From NCBI GenBank assembly GCA_016748015.1, contig JAAOMT010000436.1, positions 2,129,037 to 2,193,036 on the forward strand: a stretch of 64,000 bases of DNA. The letters run 5' to 3'. Under the pieces are notes generated by a model. It saw only the letters and a program-made list of their open reading frames with translations. It was not told the origin of the DNA and did not search any database. The position numbers were made by a program, and so were the translations under genes. Below, in pieces: positions 38,479 through 52,522 of the stretch. The stretch comes from Geosiphon pyriformis uo1 (Eukaryota > Fungi > Glomeromycota). Position 1 is the stretch's first letter, and each line of letters opens with the position of its first letter.

Positions 38479-41400
38479 CTTTTTTCTTTCTTATGTTTCA
38501 AATTTTTTAAAGAGCATAATTTAAAAAAAAAAGTTTTTATTTTTTTTTGTTGTTTTTTTTCAATATTTTTTAACTTAATAACTCTTTTGTTGTGGATTTG
38601 AAAATTGCTTCAAGTAGTAATATGTCTAAAAAAAAGACACTTAAAAAGACTTTTTATGATTTTACTAACAGCTTTTTTTCTTAAAAAAGAAAGTTGTTCT
38701 TGGTAATATTAAGCATTTTGGTAATAAAAAAAACATTTTCTTAGTTAAGTTTGGTTTTAGTAATAATATGTTTTTAGATATAAACAGTAATTCTAGTAAT
38801 AGTAAAGACAGTAGTTTTATAACTAGTATTAATAGTGGTTTTTTTTTATTCAGCTATTATTACTCTTAAAGCCAAAAAAGTAATATTTGGTGTGGTTTGT
38901 GGTTTTTTTTTGGTTTCCTTGATTTTAGTATAAATAAAAAAATTGGATCTCTTTTATCTTCTTTTAGTATCTTATTAAACAGAAAATAAATTGACCTTAA
39001 AATAGTAAAAATCTCAATAGAAGTATCAGTCAAAAAATTTTTTGTTTTAAATATCAATCTTTCAGCTATAAAAGGCAAATTAGCAACAGCAAAAACTTAG
39101 TTCATCAAAAAAAAAATTTTATTTGTCAATAGTTTTAAAGAAGGCTATTACTTTCTCAAAATTTGAAAAGATCATCAGATCTATATTTATATTAAAAGAA
39201 AATATAAATAAAATTGTGTTATTGGCTTAGAAAAAAAGAATTATTGTAAACAATAATATTAAAAAACAAAAAATTCAGTTAAATTGGACTGTAATAATCA
39301 AAAAAATTCTTATAAATATGTCTAAAAAAATAATTATCACTACAGTTTTTGTGTTTGGTCAAATTGTGTTGATTTATTTACAATTAATTAAACTGTGATA
39401 AAAGACTATAATAAAGTTCACTAAATTAGTTCAAGCAAATCAATTGGCAGCAAAATAATCATTTTTAATTGGAAAAAATTCAGTACATATGGCCAAAGCT
39501 GTGGAGAATCATAATATATAGATGTTTAAAAATCAGTATAGAGCTTTTTTATTTATACTTCTTGTAAAAACAACTGTACACAATCTTAGCATTTTACTGA
39601 AGAGAATTAGTGAAAAAACTTGTGTTATTAATTAGTTATTTAACACTAGTAATAAAGTTTATTGTGTTGTTGTTAGTTTTGAGTCTAAAAAAAATCTAGA
39701 ATTTATCTTTCTTATAGAATCAATTCTTAGTGGTGTAAAATTTTTTTGAACAAAACTGGATTTGGTTTGTTGTAAAAAATATTAGCATTTTGAAAATTCA
39801 TTTTTTGAGTATAATTCTTTGGGATTATCTGCTCTTATTTCAAAAAAAGTTTATAAAAAAAGTATTTCAGATAAAAATTACTTTTAGCTGGCCTATTTTT
39901 ACACAAAAAAAAATGTTTTCATTACTTGTCTAATTACTTTTAATGGCAAATCCTGGGCATAAGTAGTTTTTTTAATTGTTGGTTTTGTTAGTATTCATTT
40001 TGGTCTTTTTTTTAAGCACTCTTTTTTTAGTGGTTTTTATTTTGACAATGTTTTTTCTGTTTTTTATAACATATTTTTTATTAATAATCAGCTGGTCTTT
40101 TTAGAACATTTTTTAGAATTGTTAGCAGATCAGATATTAACAATTGTATAAAAACTAAGTAATATGGAATTGGTGTCTTTTATATTTGTTTTTTATTTTT
40201 ATTTTTATTTTATATTAGTAGATTCTTTGGTTTTTGGTTTTAATTTAACTTTGAATCTGGTTATAAATGCTTTTGTAATGTTATTTTTTTACATAAAATT
40301 AGACATATTTTTAAATAATCTATAGAACTTGCTTACTTCTTTTTTATTAATAGCAGTAAAGGTTTTAGTTTTAAGCTTAGGCAGTTCAAAGATTTTGACT
40401 ATCAAGATTAAAGATCTGGAATCTAAGATGATTGTTTTTGAAGTTTTTATTAATTCAATTTTGGCTAGGTTAGATCAGTTGTGTATTAGCTTGGATTTTT
40501 TATTGCTTTTTTTATTTCAATAACTGATTTAATATGGAAATTTGCTATATATAATGTTCAGAATATTAATGTTTCTGCTAAGCAAAAAGATATTATTTGT
40601 TAACATATAAATACTAAGTATTAAGTTTTAATTATCATAAAAACAAAGTTGAAGTCTAATTGCAGGTCTTAAATAATAAACAAATTTAATAAAGTTCAGA
40701 TTTTTATTTTGAGACTGGATAAAAACTTTTTAAGTACTAGTATGACAGTAATTATGAACGTTTTTTTGGCTTGTTATGTGTTTAAAATCAAAAAAGTCCT
40801 AAGCTGTTTGATCTCAGTTTAACTATTTTTTAAGAATAAGCTTTTAATAACAGTTTTGGGCTTGTATATACATGTATTTACAGTAGTATAAACTAAACAA
40901 ACAGTAAAAATAAATGTAATTATTGCTAAGACTGTGAATTATAGCTCTTTTATAATTATAAGTGGGAATTTTAATGAAAATAGTTCTAAAAAAAATTCAA
41001 GTTATTGATTGTGTTTAAGTTTGGGTTTAGTTAATATTTTCAGAAGTTAGTTTTTATTCAAGCTGTTTACATAAAGCAATTCAAAAGAAGCTACAAAAAT
41101 TATTAACTATTTATTTGTAAGTAAAAATTTTTTATCCTTATTGGCTAAGCAGGTGGTTGATGATGTTTCTGAGTTTTTTAACATAGACCACAAAACTGTC
41201 CTATTCTCAATTGAACTGAGTAGCTTACTGAATGTACAAATAAGTATTGTTTAAAAACTGGTTAACAGAGATCATTAAAAATTAAAAATTAAAAATATGA
41301 ATAATTTTAAGTAAACTGGTTTTAGAAATTGCTTGTTATTTCTATTTTTTTTGGCAAATAATAAGTTTGTTAATGCCAATAATAGTGATGATTTAAATAC

Positions 41401-44400
41401 AATATAAGAAATCTTATAAAATATAATGATAAATTCAGCAAATAGAGTGTTTTTTAAACATTAATATAATAAAATAAAGTGTTTTTCTAATAAACAGTTG
41501 TTAAAATTTCATAGATTGGAATTACTAGTTGTTAAGTTCATTAAAGCTCTAAGCATTAAAAACAAATTAAAATCCAACTATTTTCTGTAGACCTAATTGG
41601 TTGTTGATTATAATAAAGCTTTGAAGATTCAGAGCTTAATTTAGAATAGTGTAAAATTAACTAATGTTTTTTGTTGCTTATTAAAAATTAAAAAAGAGTA
41701 TTATAAATCCAAGTTATATAAATCAAAAGTTACTAAAACTGCAGTCATTAATGTTGTTATAAAGAAAAAAATAGAAAATTTCTGTTTAGATAAGAGCCAA
41801 ATAATTAAAAGTGTACTGAAAAATTTTTCTTACAAAGTGATTTTGGATTATTTGGTGGTTAATAAGGAATTAATTTTGGAACTTAATAAAATTAAAGCCA
41901 AAATAGATTAAATAATGAAAGACTAGACCAAAAAATAAAAAATTCCAGAATTTGTCTTTGGAATCTAAACAAATCAATATACTTTTTTGAAGTATGTAGA
42001 TAATTGTGTTTTTTTAGATATAATAGATATTATTGATTATAAAAAGTTGATTTGGGTGGTTAAGAAATTGCCAAATAAAAAAGCTGCTGGCCTAAATGGC
42101 ATACTTAATAAGTTGTGAAAACATTGTAAAGATAATATTTTAAGATGTCTGTTAAATCTGCTAAATTCTTGTTTGTTTTTAAGCAAAACTTCAATATTGT
42201 AAAAACATGCTTAAGTCTTAATAATACTCAAGCCATATAAATAAATAAAAAATTTAATGAATATTCAACTTATTATTTTAATTGAAATAACAAGAAAAAT
42301 TTTGTCCAAAATTTTTTTTAATAAAATTTTTCTTATTTGCAGCAAATTTAAAATACTTTATAAGAATAATTTTTTAGTGTTAAAGAGTATTTTAACACAA
42401 ATTCCAATTTTAATTATAGGCTTTGTGATTAAAAATGCTTTGGAAAAAAATAAAAAATTGTGGCTGGTTTTGCAGGATATATACAAGCCATATGATTTAA
42501 TTGAATAATATCATTTGCACAACAACTTAATTAGAATTAAAATATATAGACACTTCATTAAGTTCTTTAAAAATATTTACAATAAAAAAGTTAATTAGAT
42601 TATAACAGATTTTGGACTTTTGAATAGATATATAGTTTATAATAAACTTGACCAAAGAAAAATTTTTTACTTTTGTTGTGAAGAATTTTTTATGTTTCTT
42701 TGCTTTATAAGATTAAAAAACATAGAAGTTTGTATGAATACAAAGTAAGTTCAAAATTTTTCACAAAGACTGGCAAAATTAATCTTAAGAATGGCAAGAC
42801 TTTTTTTTTTGCTATAAGTATTTTTGTAGATAATACTATCTAAATTGAAAATTGTATGTATTTTGAACATTATAAATGAGTTTTTTTCTATTAATAACAT
42901 TTCAATTAATACAGACAAGATGGTCATTATTTTTATTAATTAGGAAGCTAAAAAAGTTGTATTGTCTATCAGTGATTTGAAAATTTCAATGGCCAAAAAG
43001 GACAAATTTCATAAATATTTGGAAATTTTTTTGTTAACTGTTAGTTTATTCAAGCCAAGCTTAACCAAAGCTTATTCAAATATCAAGTTCTTCTTAAATG
43101 TAATTTTAAGAAAAACTATTACTGAAAACAATTTTTGTATTTGGTGTCTGCTGTTTTGTAGTCTATTATTGATTATAGAATACAGTTTAGTTATGTTTCA
43201 GAAAGTGTGTATAAAAAGTGGAACAAGATATTAAGAAAAAAACTAAAGCTTAAGACTAATCTGTCTAAAAATTTTTCCAACAAAGCTTTATATTACTTTG
43301 AGTTATATAGTCTTAAAACATTCAACAAATACTGGCTAAAAATTTAATGACTAATTTGGTTAATTTTGCCAATATAAATAGAACTTTTGGCAAGTTTTTT
43401 GAACACAGAGTTATGAATCTATAGGCTGCTAACTAGATGTTTTGGCACTCTTTTCAAGTTTTAGTTAAGTTGTCAATTAATTCTATAAATTGTTTTTTGG
43501 TAAATACAACACATGTTTTACTTTTTGCAATCTGTTTTTGAATGGCAATTTGCCTAATGTATTTTAGACTAAAAATAGCATTGCAATTTTAGATGTATTG
43601 GATTTGAATAATTATATAAGTGTAGTGGAGTTTTTTAGAAAGTTTGGCATTATTTTTGTGGACCAGTTTTTGGATTGTTGTACTACATGCTTCATGTAAA
43701 ACACTTTTTACAGATAGAAAAGACTGAATCTTAAAGGTTTAATTTCTGGCTAGTTCTGTTTACTGGTCAAGTTTATTGAGGACAGTAGTTTAGTGAATAA
43801 TAAGATATTGGTTTTTTGTTTTACTTTTATAGACTATCTTTGTAATTTAGATTATGTTAGTAGATATTTGTTAAATTCTGGGTCAAATAACATAAGTGTT
43901 TACACAAATAGTTTTGTTAAGTCTGAAATTAATAGATGCTTATAAAAGTATTATTGTTTATTTTTTAGATGTTGATATAAGTATTAGAGTTAAGATAAAT
44001 GATTTGCTGTTCTTAACTTTGGTAGAATTGCAGACCATTGCTTTTACTTTAGATTGTGTATCTGTTTCTTGTTCTGTTATTTTGTTTATAGACAGCCAGA
44101 TATTATTAAATATGTGCTGTTTTAACAAGTGTGTATTTGGTTCTGATTTTTGCAGTAAATACTGGATTAAAAAAGAACACATTTGCCAAGTCATTTTAAG
44201 AAAAAGTTTGTCAATTGCTTGAAGTAAGATCAAGAATTATTTTGGTGTTGTCAAGAATAAATGTGCTGATTTTTATATCAATACTGTCATTACTTCTAAG
44301 TTTATTCTATCTTTTTGAGTGTTATGCTATTTCCTTAATGTTAAAGGCAAATTTATCTTTGGAAATACTTATTACTTTGTTAAAAATTTATTCAATATAG

Positions 44401-45319
44401 TTAATTTTATTGATTAGAAATCCAAATATTTCAATAATATTATAAATACAAATATTGATATTAGTTTTGATATAATTAAAACTTTTAGTGTTTAATATTC
44501 TAATAACAAAATCTGCTTTAACTATACTAATTTGTTATTAGTAGTACTTTAGTTTTATTTTATAAAAGCATTTTATTGTTATCTGTTTGTGGCTAAAAAA
44601 AAGAGATTGTATAATCCAAAGTATTTAAGTATGGCTTGCATCTAATATAGAATAGTAAAAAACTCTAATTACTTGTTTTTGTATATACATAATAGTAATG
44701 TTAAGATAGAATTATTATTAAACACTGCCTTAGAATAGAATGAATTATTGAGTGCTTTTGCTAAAAAAAATGTAATTGTTTGGTCTCTGTATAAAACTAA
44801 GTTGTCTGTTAATTTGTATATATTATTGGTTAAAGACTTTGTATTAAAAAATTAAGTGGCTAATACAGTATGCCATTTGGACACTGGATTTAATAGTGAT
44901 ATATTGGTTGACAAATTGGTTTGTGGTCTTGTTAAGAGTCACAAATTTATTATTTAACTGTCAACTGCTAAGTTAAAATTTTATTACAAAAAGTATAATT
45001 TTTTGCCACATAATAGATTTAATATTTTTTGGTTTTTGGCTTGTTATCTTTGTGGTTTTTTGAATTGATTTACAGTTTTGGTGTTAGATTAAGTATTTAA
45101 ATTTGCTTTGAATTATATTTTTGTTTATTCAAATTAAGTTTTGGTTTTTTGAAAGATGTTTTTTTAATAAGTAATTTAAGTATATAATATTGTTTTAATT
45201 GGTTTAAATAGCTAATTATATATAGAAAAAGCATAAATTATGTTTAATTTAAAATCTTGTTTGATTTTATGTCTTTAGATAATAATTAGACTGTATTTAT
45301 AAAACATTAATAAAAAAAA
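38479..45319 (+). mobile_element. LINE copy 5, full-length, heavily mutated
   Basis: Family 5' end; ORF1 MSKKK at ~38622; endonuclease from ~40520; RT, RNase H and C-terminus remnants; 3' UTR and A-tail at ~45309-45319. Confidence 0.88.
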
Positions 45320-45481
45320 TAAATTTTTTTTTTTGATTTTGTTAAGTTATTTATATTAAATATTAATTTTTTAATTATTATTAATAAGAATTTTTTTAAA
45401 AATTAAAAGTTATTAAAAATTGTTTTATTAAGTAAATAATTTTTATTTTTTATAATTTTTTTATATTTATATTTATATATA

Positions 45482-48400
45482 TTTTTTTTATTACAGTTTA
45501 ATGAGTACAATCCAATCACTACCTAGTATACAGAATCAAAACAATAGACCTCAGCTAAACATAATTCATGTATTTACTACATGTGACTAGTCACTTGGAC
45601 TAATCAAAGCAACACTATGCACTTATATGAACAGATACCATATTAACCAAACCAAAGAAAAACAAACAAGGCTTATAAAAACCAAAACTCACATCAAGAG
45701 AATCATTAACACCAATTAATCTGACTATGCCATCTGACAAGTCTCACTCCAAACCACAATGCACCAATGGTAACACTCCTAAGTCACCAATCAGATTGTC
45801 CCTTTCTATGTTAGCTCTAAACCTGAACCTAAAACCCCATAACTCAGAATAATGACGTACACTCATGTTTTGCACAAAGTCAACCAGAATCCAGGCAGCT
45901 TCTTTGTGATCTTCAAAGACCCACACAGCTTTCTCAAACCACCCCACCAGCACAAAGTCTTTACAAAGAAGAGCATACAAGCTGACATTAGACACACATA
46001 AGAAAAGAGACTCTAAGACCACAGAAGGAGTCGGAAAACAAAAACCAGCCAAAGACTTCCAAGTTAACATGTATTCAATAGAATCTCCTTATGGAAGATA
46101 GATTTTCTGCTACAAGTAAATACATAATCAGAAAACTCAACTTCTCCACAGTGCAAACACAAAACACCAAAGTAGTTTTTGTTATAAAGCTTCTTTCTAA
46201 CTGTAACAGACAGCCTGCCATACACAGCTTTCATGAAATAAGAGCACAAACCAGCTGAATGTCTACTCATAGAACCTGACAGCATACTTAAATTTGGATG
46301 TCAAACAGCCATAGTTCTGACCCAATTAATATTACAAACTAAAAAACCACTCAGAATTTTAGAGCCAGGACCAACTTTCTAGTGCATGTAATTTACAGAT
46401 CTAAAAATGTCCCAAACAAAGTATCAAACATTACTAAAAATTGGCATACCATTGGCCATTAAAAAGCATTCACAAACATTAGTTGGCAGCAGCAGAGAGG
46501 AATGAGCAGAAGTGCTCACCAATGTGTCTGCACAAATATTACCCAGCACATCAGAGTGTCTTTTGACTTTTAACCAACTCACAGAGATGTTCTTTTGAAC
46601 AATTAAATTCACAATATGTCTCTTTTCCATTCAACAACAATTACAAAAATCAGGGCCAATCTGATTTTAAATCTGAAACACATGCATTTAAGGCAGCTTG
46701 GCTGTCCAAGCACATCTTTACTGAACAAGAGGAAGATACACACTTTAGCACCAAGGCAACAGCCTGCAACTCAGCCATTGTAAAAAACAATAGACCCACA
46801 ACTCTAATCCCAATACCTAACCCAATCTCAGGAAAAAATGCTGCAGCATCTTCAGCTACATCAACAGAACCAAGTCCCTTCAAAGAACCATCTGTGAAAA
46901 CAGAAATTGAATCTGATCAGACCTCAAGCAAACTATTCTTAACAACAGAAAATTGATCTGAAAGCAAAACATTATTGACATCTAACAAAGAATTGCCATT
47001 GGATAGTGTTGACAGAAGAACCTTATCATGCAAGAATCTCGACATTAATATAAACCAAGAAGACACAGGTCCCTTGGAGTCTAGTTTCTTCCAGCACTAA
47101 AATGTTTACCAATCTATAACTTTACCACATTTGTCTAAAAGTCTATCACAGAAAGCTACACCAAACTTCTTCAAAGAACTGATCCAATCATAATACAAAG
47201 AAGGCCCTAAGACACCAGAGATGGGATACTTACTAGGGTTAAAAAAAGCACTGGGCAAATTGTTCATTATAGAAAGCTTATTGATTAAAAGAATACACAC
47301 TATTCCAGCCAGAAAATTGTTAGAGAGACCAATATGCAGCCTAACAGGAAACTGCAGGAGATCAAAAGGGGCCCAACCCAAAACCTGCAAATCCAGAAAG
47401 TGGTGCTCAAAAAGCCAACCAACAATCCCAGAAAAATTAGAAAAACTCATGACAGAAGCAGACTTCCCCTCAACTTGAACTTGTTTGAATGTTTTTAGAC
47501 CATAGAGTAAAGGATGATAGAGCACTTTATTTGGAAAATTTCAGGACAAACCAATCTTTCACTTAAAGCTCTTTCTAACCAAAGCATTCCAGCATTGACA
47601 AACAGCAGAAAACAAAAAACTAAATTAAGTACAATAGTTAACAATAGGCTGAAAAACAGCCAACACCAAATACACAAATTGTTTGTCTGAAATAGCTTTA
47701 CGCAGCACCATATTAGAAAAAAACTTGATGTCAGACTGAGCTTTAACCAAGCTAGGCTTGAACAAACTATTAGTTGACAAGAATATACCCAAGTATCTAT
47801 GAGGCACACCATGTTTAGTAATTGAAATAGGCAACTCACTGATTCTAAAAACAGCATTTTGAACTCTCTGGTTAATGAGAATAGCCACTGTTTTGTCATT
47901 ATTGATCGAAATATTATTAATTGCAAAAAACTCACTGGTAACATCCAATATAAATTGTGTAACAGCCTAACTACTCCCAACCCAAATAGTATCATCAACA
48001 AAAGTACTAGTTGCAAAGAAAGAAGTTATTCCACCCATGTTGTTTATTTTGCCTGATTTGGCCACAAACTTGGTATCAATCCAATAGCCACATATATTCT
48101 CCTGTCTTTTAACTTTACACATCAAAAAGTCATAGAAAATCCACCAAAGGAGAGAAGAAAACACTTTACTTTAATTAAGACTATCCAGTACCTGGTAACC
48201 ATCTGAAAGACCAAAATCAGTCATAACATGATTTAATCTATCTTTATGAATTCCACCAAAAAACTCAATAAATTTATCACACATTTTGATGTACTGCAAA
48301 CTAGCCTCCAAATGATGTCAGCCGACTGAGTTATATGTTTTGCACATATTCTGTAAAACCAACCAAACCTCTCTGCTTTTTTCTAAAGCATCTTTCACCA

Positions 48401-49265
48401 CTGAACTAACAGCAAAAATGAGAGACTGTGTAAAGGTACTATGAAGAACAGAAAAATTATTCCCACACAACACTTCAAACTTACTGCAAGCAAGAGAAAT
48501 TCTATCTGAAAGGATCTTATGAGCAGTCTCCAATAGAGCAATAGGATAAGTATTTGTTAAGACATCATCCCAATCATAAGGTTTAGGTATCATAAAGACC
48601 CAAGTCCTTCTCCACAAAACTGGAACTATGCCCACCTTTAGGCATAAATTTAAGAGATCTAACAAGCTTCTGAAAATAATCTTACCACAATGTTTCCACA
48701 ATTCATTAGGAATACCACTAAAACCAGCAGTTTTTCCATCTGGTAAATGTTTGACAACTTAAAAAAAACTCACTAAAACTAATAACATCTATAATATCAG
48801 AGAAAGTATTATCATCCACATATTGTAAAGAAACATACTGACGAGCCCAAGGAACAGAGAAGGGTGTAAATACTGACCATTTTCTGGTCTATTCTTCTAT
48901 TATCATATTAACTTTGGACTTAACATCACTAGGATTTAAAACAAGTTTATTATCTACCACCAAATAGTCAAGAACCACCTTGTAAAAAGGCTTATCCAAA
49001 ATACTTCTGATCATACAGTCTTTGTTCATACAAAAATTTTCTATCCTCTTATCAATAACATGTCTAATTGTAGCAGTCTTAGCAGCTTTGGTTTCATGCA
49101 TTTTGGAACAATAATAACTCTTCTTAAATCTGAACAGACAAACAAAAATTTCCACACTGTTGGTATCATTATTTAACATGTTTTAAGCTTCAAAAATCTT
49201 ACTTTTATCAGCAACCAATCAAGTATTGAGAAGGAAATCAGTCTTAGAAGCATTACCAGACTGAT
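45482..49265 (-). mobile_element. LINE copy 6, 5'-truncated, tail-to-tail with copy 5
   Basis: Minus-strand ORFs with MIPKPYDW, TFVDDTIWVG, RNase H AELQA/DSQA/KVKRHS..GN..AD, CLHC..VEFSDY..TC; poly(T) on + at 45482-45489. Confidence 0.92.
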
Positions 49266-50250
49266 ATTTATATTTAAATTAAATTTATATAAAATTAAAA
49301 AATTTGGTTATAAAAGCAAATATTATTATAAATATTAATTTAAATCATATAAATTTATATATAAATTAGAAATTAATTATTAATTAATTTTTTAAATTAG
49401 CTATAAAACTTGTATTTATTAAGTTTATAAAATAATTTATAACAAAAAACTGTGATAAAATTTGCCAATAATAAAATTATTAAATTAATAATTTTTAAAT
49501 AATTTATTTTTATTTATAAAAATTTAATATATATATAATAAAAACTTATATAAATAAATTTTTATAAATTTTTAAAAATTGTTATTAAATACTTTTTTAT
49601 ATTTTATTAATAAACATAGTAACTTATAATTTTTATAATAAAAAACTTATATAATTAATTTTATATATTTATATTAAATATATAATTGTTTATTTTAAAG
49701 ATAAAATATTTTAAAAATTGTATTTATATTATATTAATTTTTAAAAATATAAATTTATGTTAAATTAAATTGTTTTTATTATTATATATAAAATATTGTT
49801 ACAGTTGAAAACCATAGTTTTTATTAGTTATTATATATATTAACTATTCCATTTTTAGATAATAATTATTGATCTGATTAATAACCCAATTATTGATCTA
49901 ATTATTGACTTAGTTATTGACTATTTTCAATAGTTATATAAGCAATAAATTTTTTAGTTGTAAAAAGACATGATCAAATATAAAAAATAAAAGAAATAAA
50001 ATAACAACTATTATCTTAATTTTTTTTATATTGCTTATTTTTCTTTCTTTACTTTTAAGTATCTGAATATTTTGGAATAAAAAATTATTTGTTGGCATTT
50101 ACTTATTTTTTTCTTAACTTATATAATTGTAATATTTGAAGATTATTGAATAAAATATAATTAAAGAGTATATTTAATATCTAATATTGAATTCTAAGAA
50201 CACAAACATAAGACATAAAATTATATCAATTTATTATTATTTGTTAACAG

Positions 50251-50915
50251 TGTTACAGTTGAAACACATAGTTTTTATTAATTATCACATGTATTAGCTA
50301 CTGATGTCATATAATTAACCACCCTATTTTTAGATAGTAATTGTTGACCTGATCAATGACATGACTGTTGACCTGATCATTGACCTGATCATTGACCACT
50401 TTAAATAGCTATATAAGTGATGATTCCCTTAGCTGTAGAAAGACATGATCAAAGTAACAAAATAAACAATATTAATTACTTCCTCTCATAATCACTTATT
50501 CCCCTTTCCTTACTTTCAAATATCTACTTGTTGGCATTCACATACCTTATCTTTTCCCCTTCTTGATTTGTATTTGTTAGAATTAGCCTGAGAAGCAATT
50601 GGCTTGCTCTTGTAATTCATTGAATAAAGAAACAATTGAAAAGTATAACAATACCTGTTATTGATTCTAAGAATCACCAAGTTGAAGCATAGAATAATAG
50701 CAGTGGTGTTATCTTGTTGACAATCACAGACTATTCCTCTACCTTCAGATTTAAGAAAAGATTAGCGACTGTGATTTTTATGAGACTGATCACACACATT
50801 GAATTCTTACTTATTCAATTCACTCCCTTATTGTAATTTCTTCTTTGTTTATTTCTATCATCATACAATACTGTTCTCCCTTGCTATTCATTAGCTTGTT
50901 ACTCCAACCCGTAAC
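50251..50915 (+). repeat. 5' LTR
   Basis: tgttacag...cgtaaca; direct repeat of 57237-57890; TATA-like gctatataag at ~50408. Confidence 0.93.
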
Positions 50916-50921
50916 ATAAAA

Positions 50922-50938
50922 GTGGTGCTCTCTGTGAG
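50922..50938 (+). promoter_or_regulatory. Primer binding site TGGTGCTCTCTGTGAGG
   Basis: Complementary to a tRNA 3' end ..CCTCACAGAGAGCACCA (elongator Met- or Ile(UAU)-type; identity not resolved); lies 6 nt after the LTR. Confidence 0.8.
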
Positions 50939-50968
50939 GTTGTCAAAATTCACTTATTCTCTCATTGT

Positions 50969-52522
50969 ATGGGTGATTACTCATATTTGCCACAGCAATC
51001 AGAAGAACACTTTGTAGCACACAACAGAAACGACCAAAGTTTCATTGAACTTAATCCTTTGCCCTCCTGCTTGATCTGCTTCCCCCTTGAAAAACAATCA
51101 AGTAGACAATTCCAAGACTTTTGGAACTGGTTCCTGAATGAGCATTCAGCTGAAACCTACACAGCTTATACAACCTATTACTTTGACCAAGCTTATTTTG
51201 AAAATGACTTTGAAGAAAAAAACAACAGTATCAATCAGCTTTTATATTCTGCAACCTTTGAACAACAGCCCCCTGATTTCGAATATCTGAATCATCAAAT
51301 CTACATTTGGATTGCTGCCCATCAAGCAACTGAAACTCTCTTTGAAACAGAAGAAAAAAGCTACCAAACTGCCCCTGTTTTTAATCTTTTATCAAGCGAA
51401 TCAGACTCGTCTACACAAACAGTTACCCCTGAACCAATGGCTAATGACCCCATGCAAGCAAACATTCTGGCCGCCCTCCAAGGTATACAAACTGCTCTAG
51501 GGCAAAGAAACAACACCCCAATATCATTATTTAGAGGTGATGCACAAAATCCAATTGAATGGTTGGATGACTTTGAAAGAGCTGCTACAGCCAATCAATA
51601 TGATGATGAGTACAAGTTCCAAATTGTTGGTGGCTACCTTCAAGGATCCCCTGCTACCTGGTTCTCACAAGAAACAGATGTCAATGCCCAGCAAAGAATT
51701 GTTAGATGGACATCAGCAAATGTGGGAGAAATCAACACTTCTTTTACTACCTGGTTTGAAAACAAGTTCAGAACCCCAATATTAATATCAAAATGGCATA
51801 TGGAATTGGAAAGAAAAACCCAAGGTCCCGGTAAAGTTGTAACCGAATACGTCAAAGCAATCAAAAAGTTAATCAAATGAGTAGACACTGGAAGAAATTG
51901 GACAGAAATCCAGAAAATTCACTCCTTCACAAAAGGATTGAGAACTGATCTATTGTATGCTCTTTGGCCCCTCCTGGCCCTGAAAAATAATCCCACCATG
52001 GTTATGGTCATTGAATTAGCACAAAGAATTGAAGACAACCAAAGGATGCACTTGGGATCCACACTACCAGTTTTTGCTCCTGTTCTTGTCATGGCTCCTG
52101 CCCCTCAAATGGCTGCTACTTCTTTTGCCACTCACACTCAAGATCCAAATGAACAGTTAATAGACAGACTTACAGCAAATCTTGCTTGGTTATTAGAACT
52201 CTTAGCTCAAGCAGTCAGAGAAAATCAGCAACCACAAAGACTCAGATTTGAACCACGCTTCAATCAGTCCCAGCAACCACCTTATCAAAGACAACAAAAT
52301 CGTGGCCCACTTGTATGCTATTGCTGTGGATTAACTAGACACTTTTCAAGAGATTGCAACAATCCTCTACTGCCACCACCAGTCCCCAGAAACAATGATG
52401 CTCAGAACAACAGGATCAACAACAACAATGTGCCCAACCAAAGACCCAATCATGCCAACATCAATTTCTTTGGAGAGGATCCCTTAGTTGAAGCCACTGT
52501 TTATCAGCCTTTAAACTGGTAG
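50969..52522 (+). pseudogene. gag: Gypsy gag (retrotransposon capsid + CCHC knuckle), one premature TGA at 51878-51880
   Basis: FRGD.QNPIEWLDDFE capsid motif; F.KGLR; CYCCGLTRHFSRDC knuckle. Confidence 0.88.
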
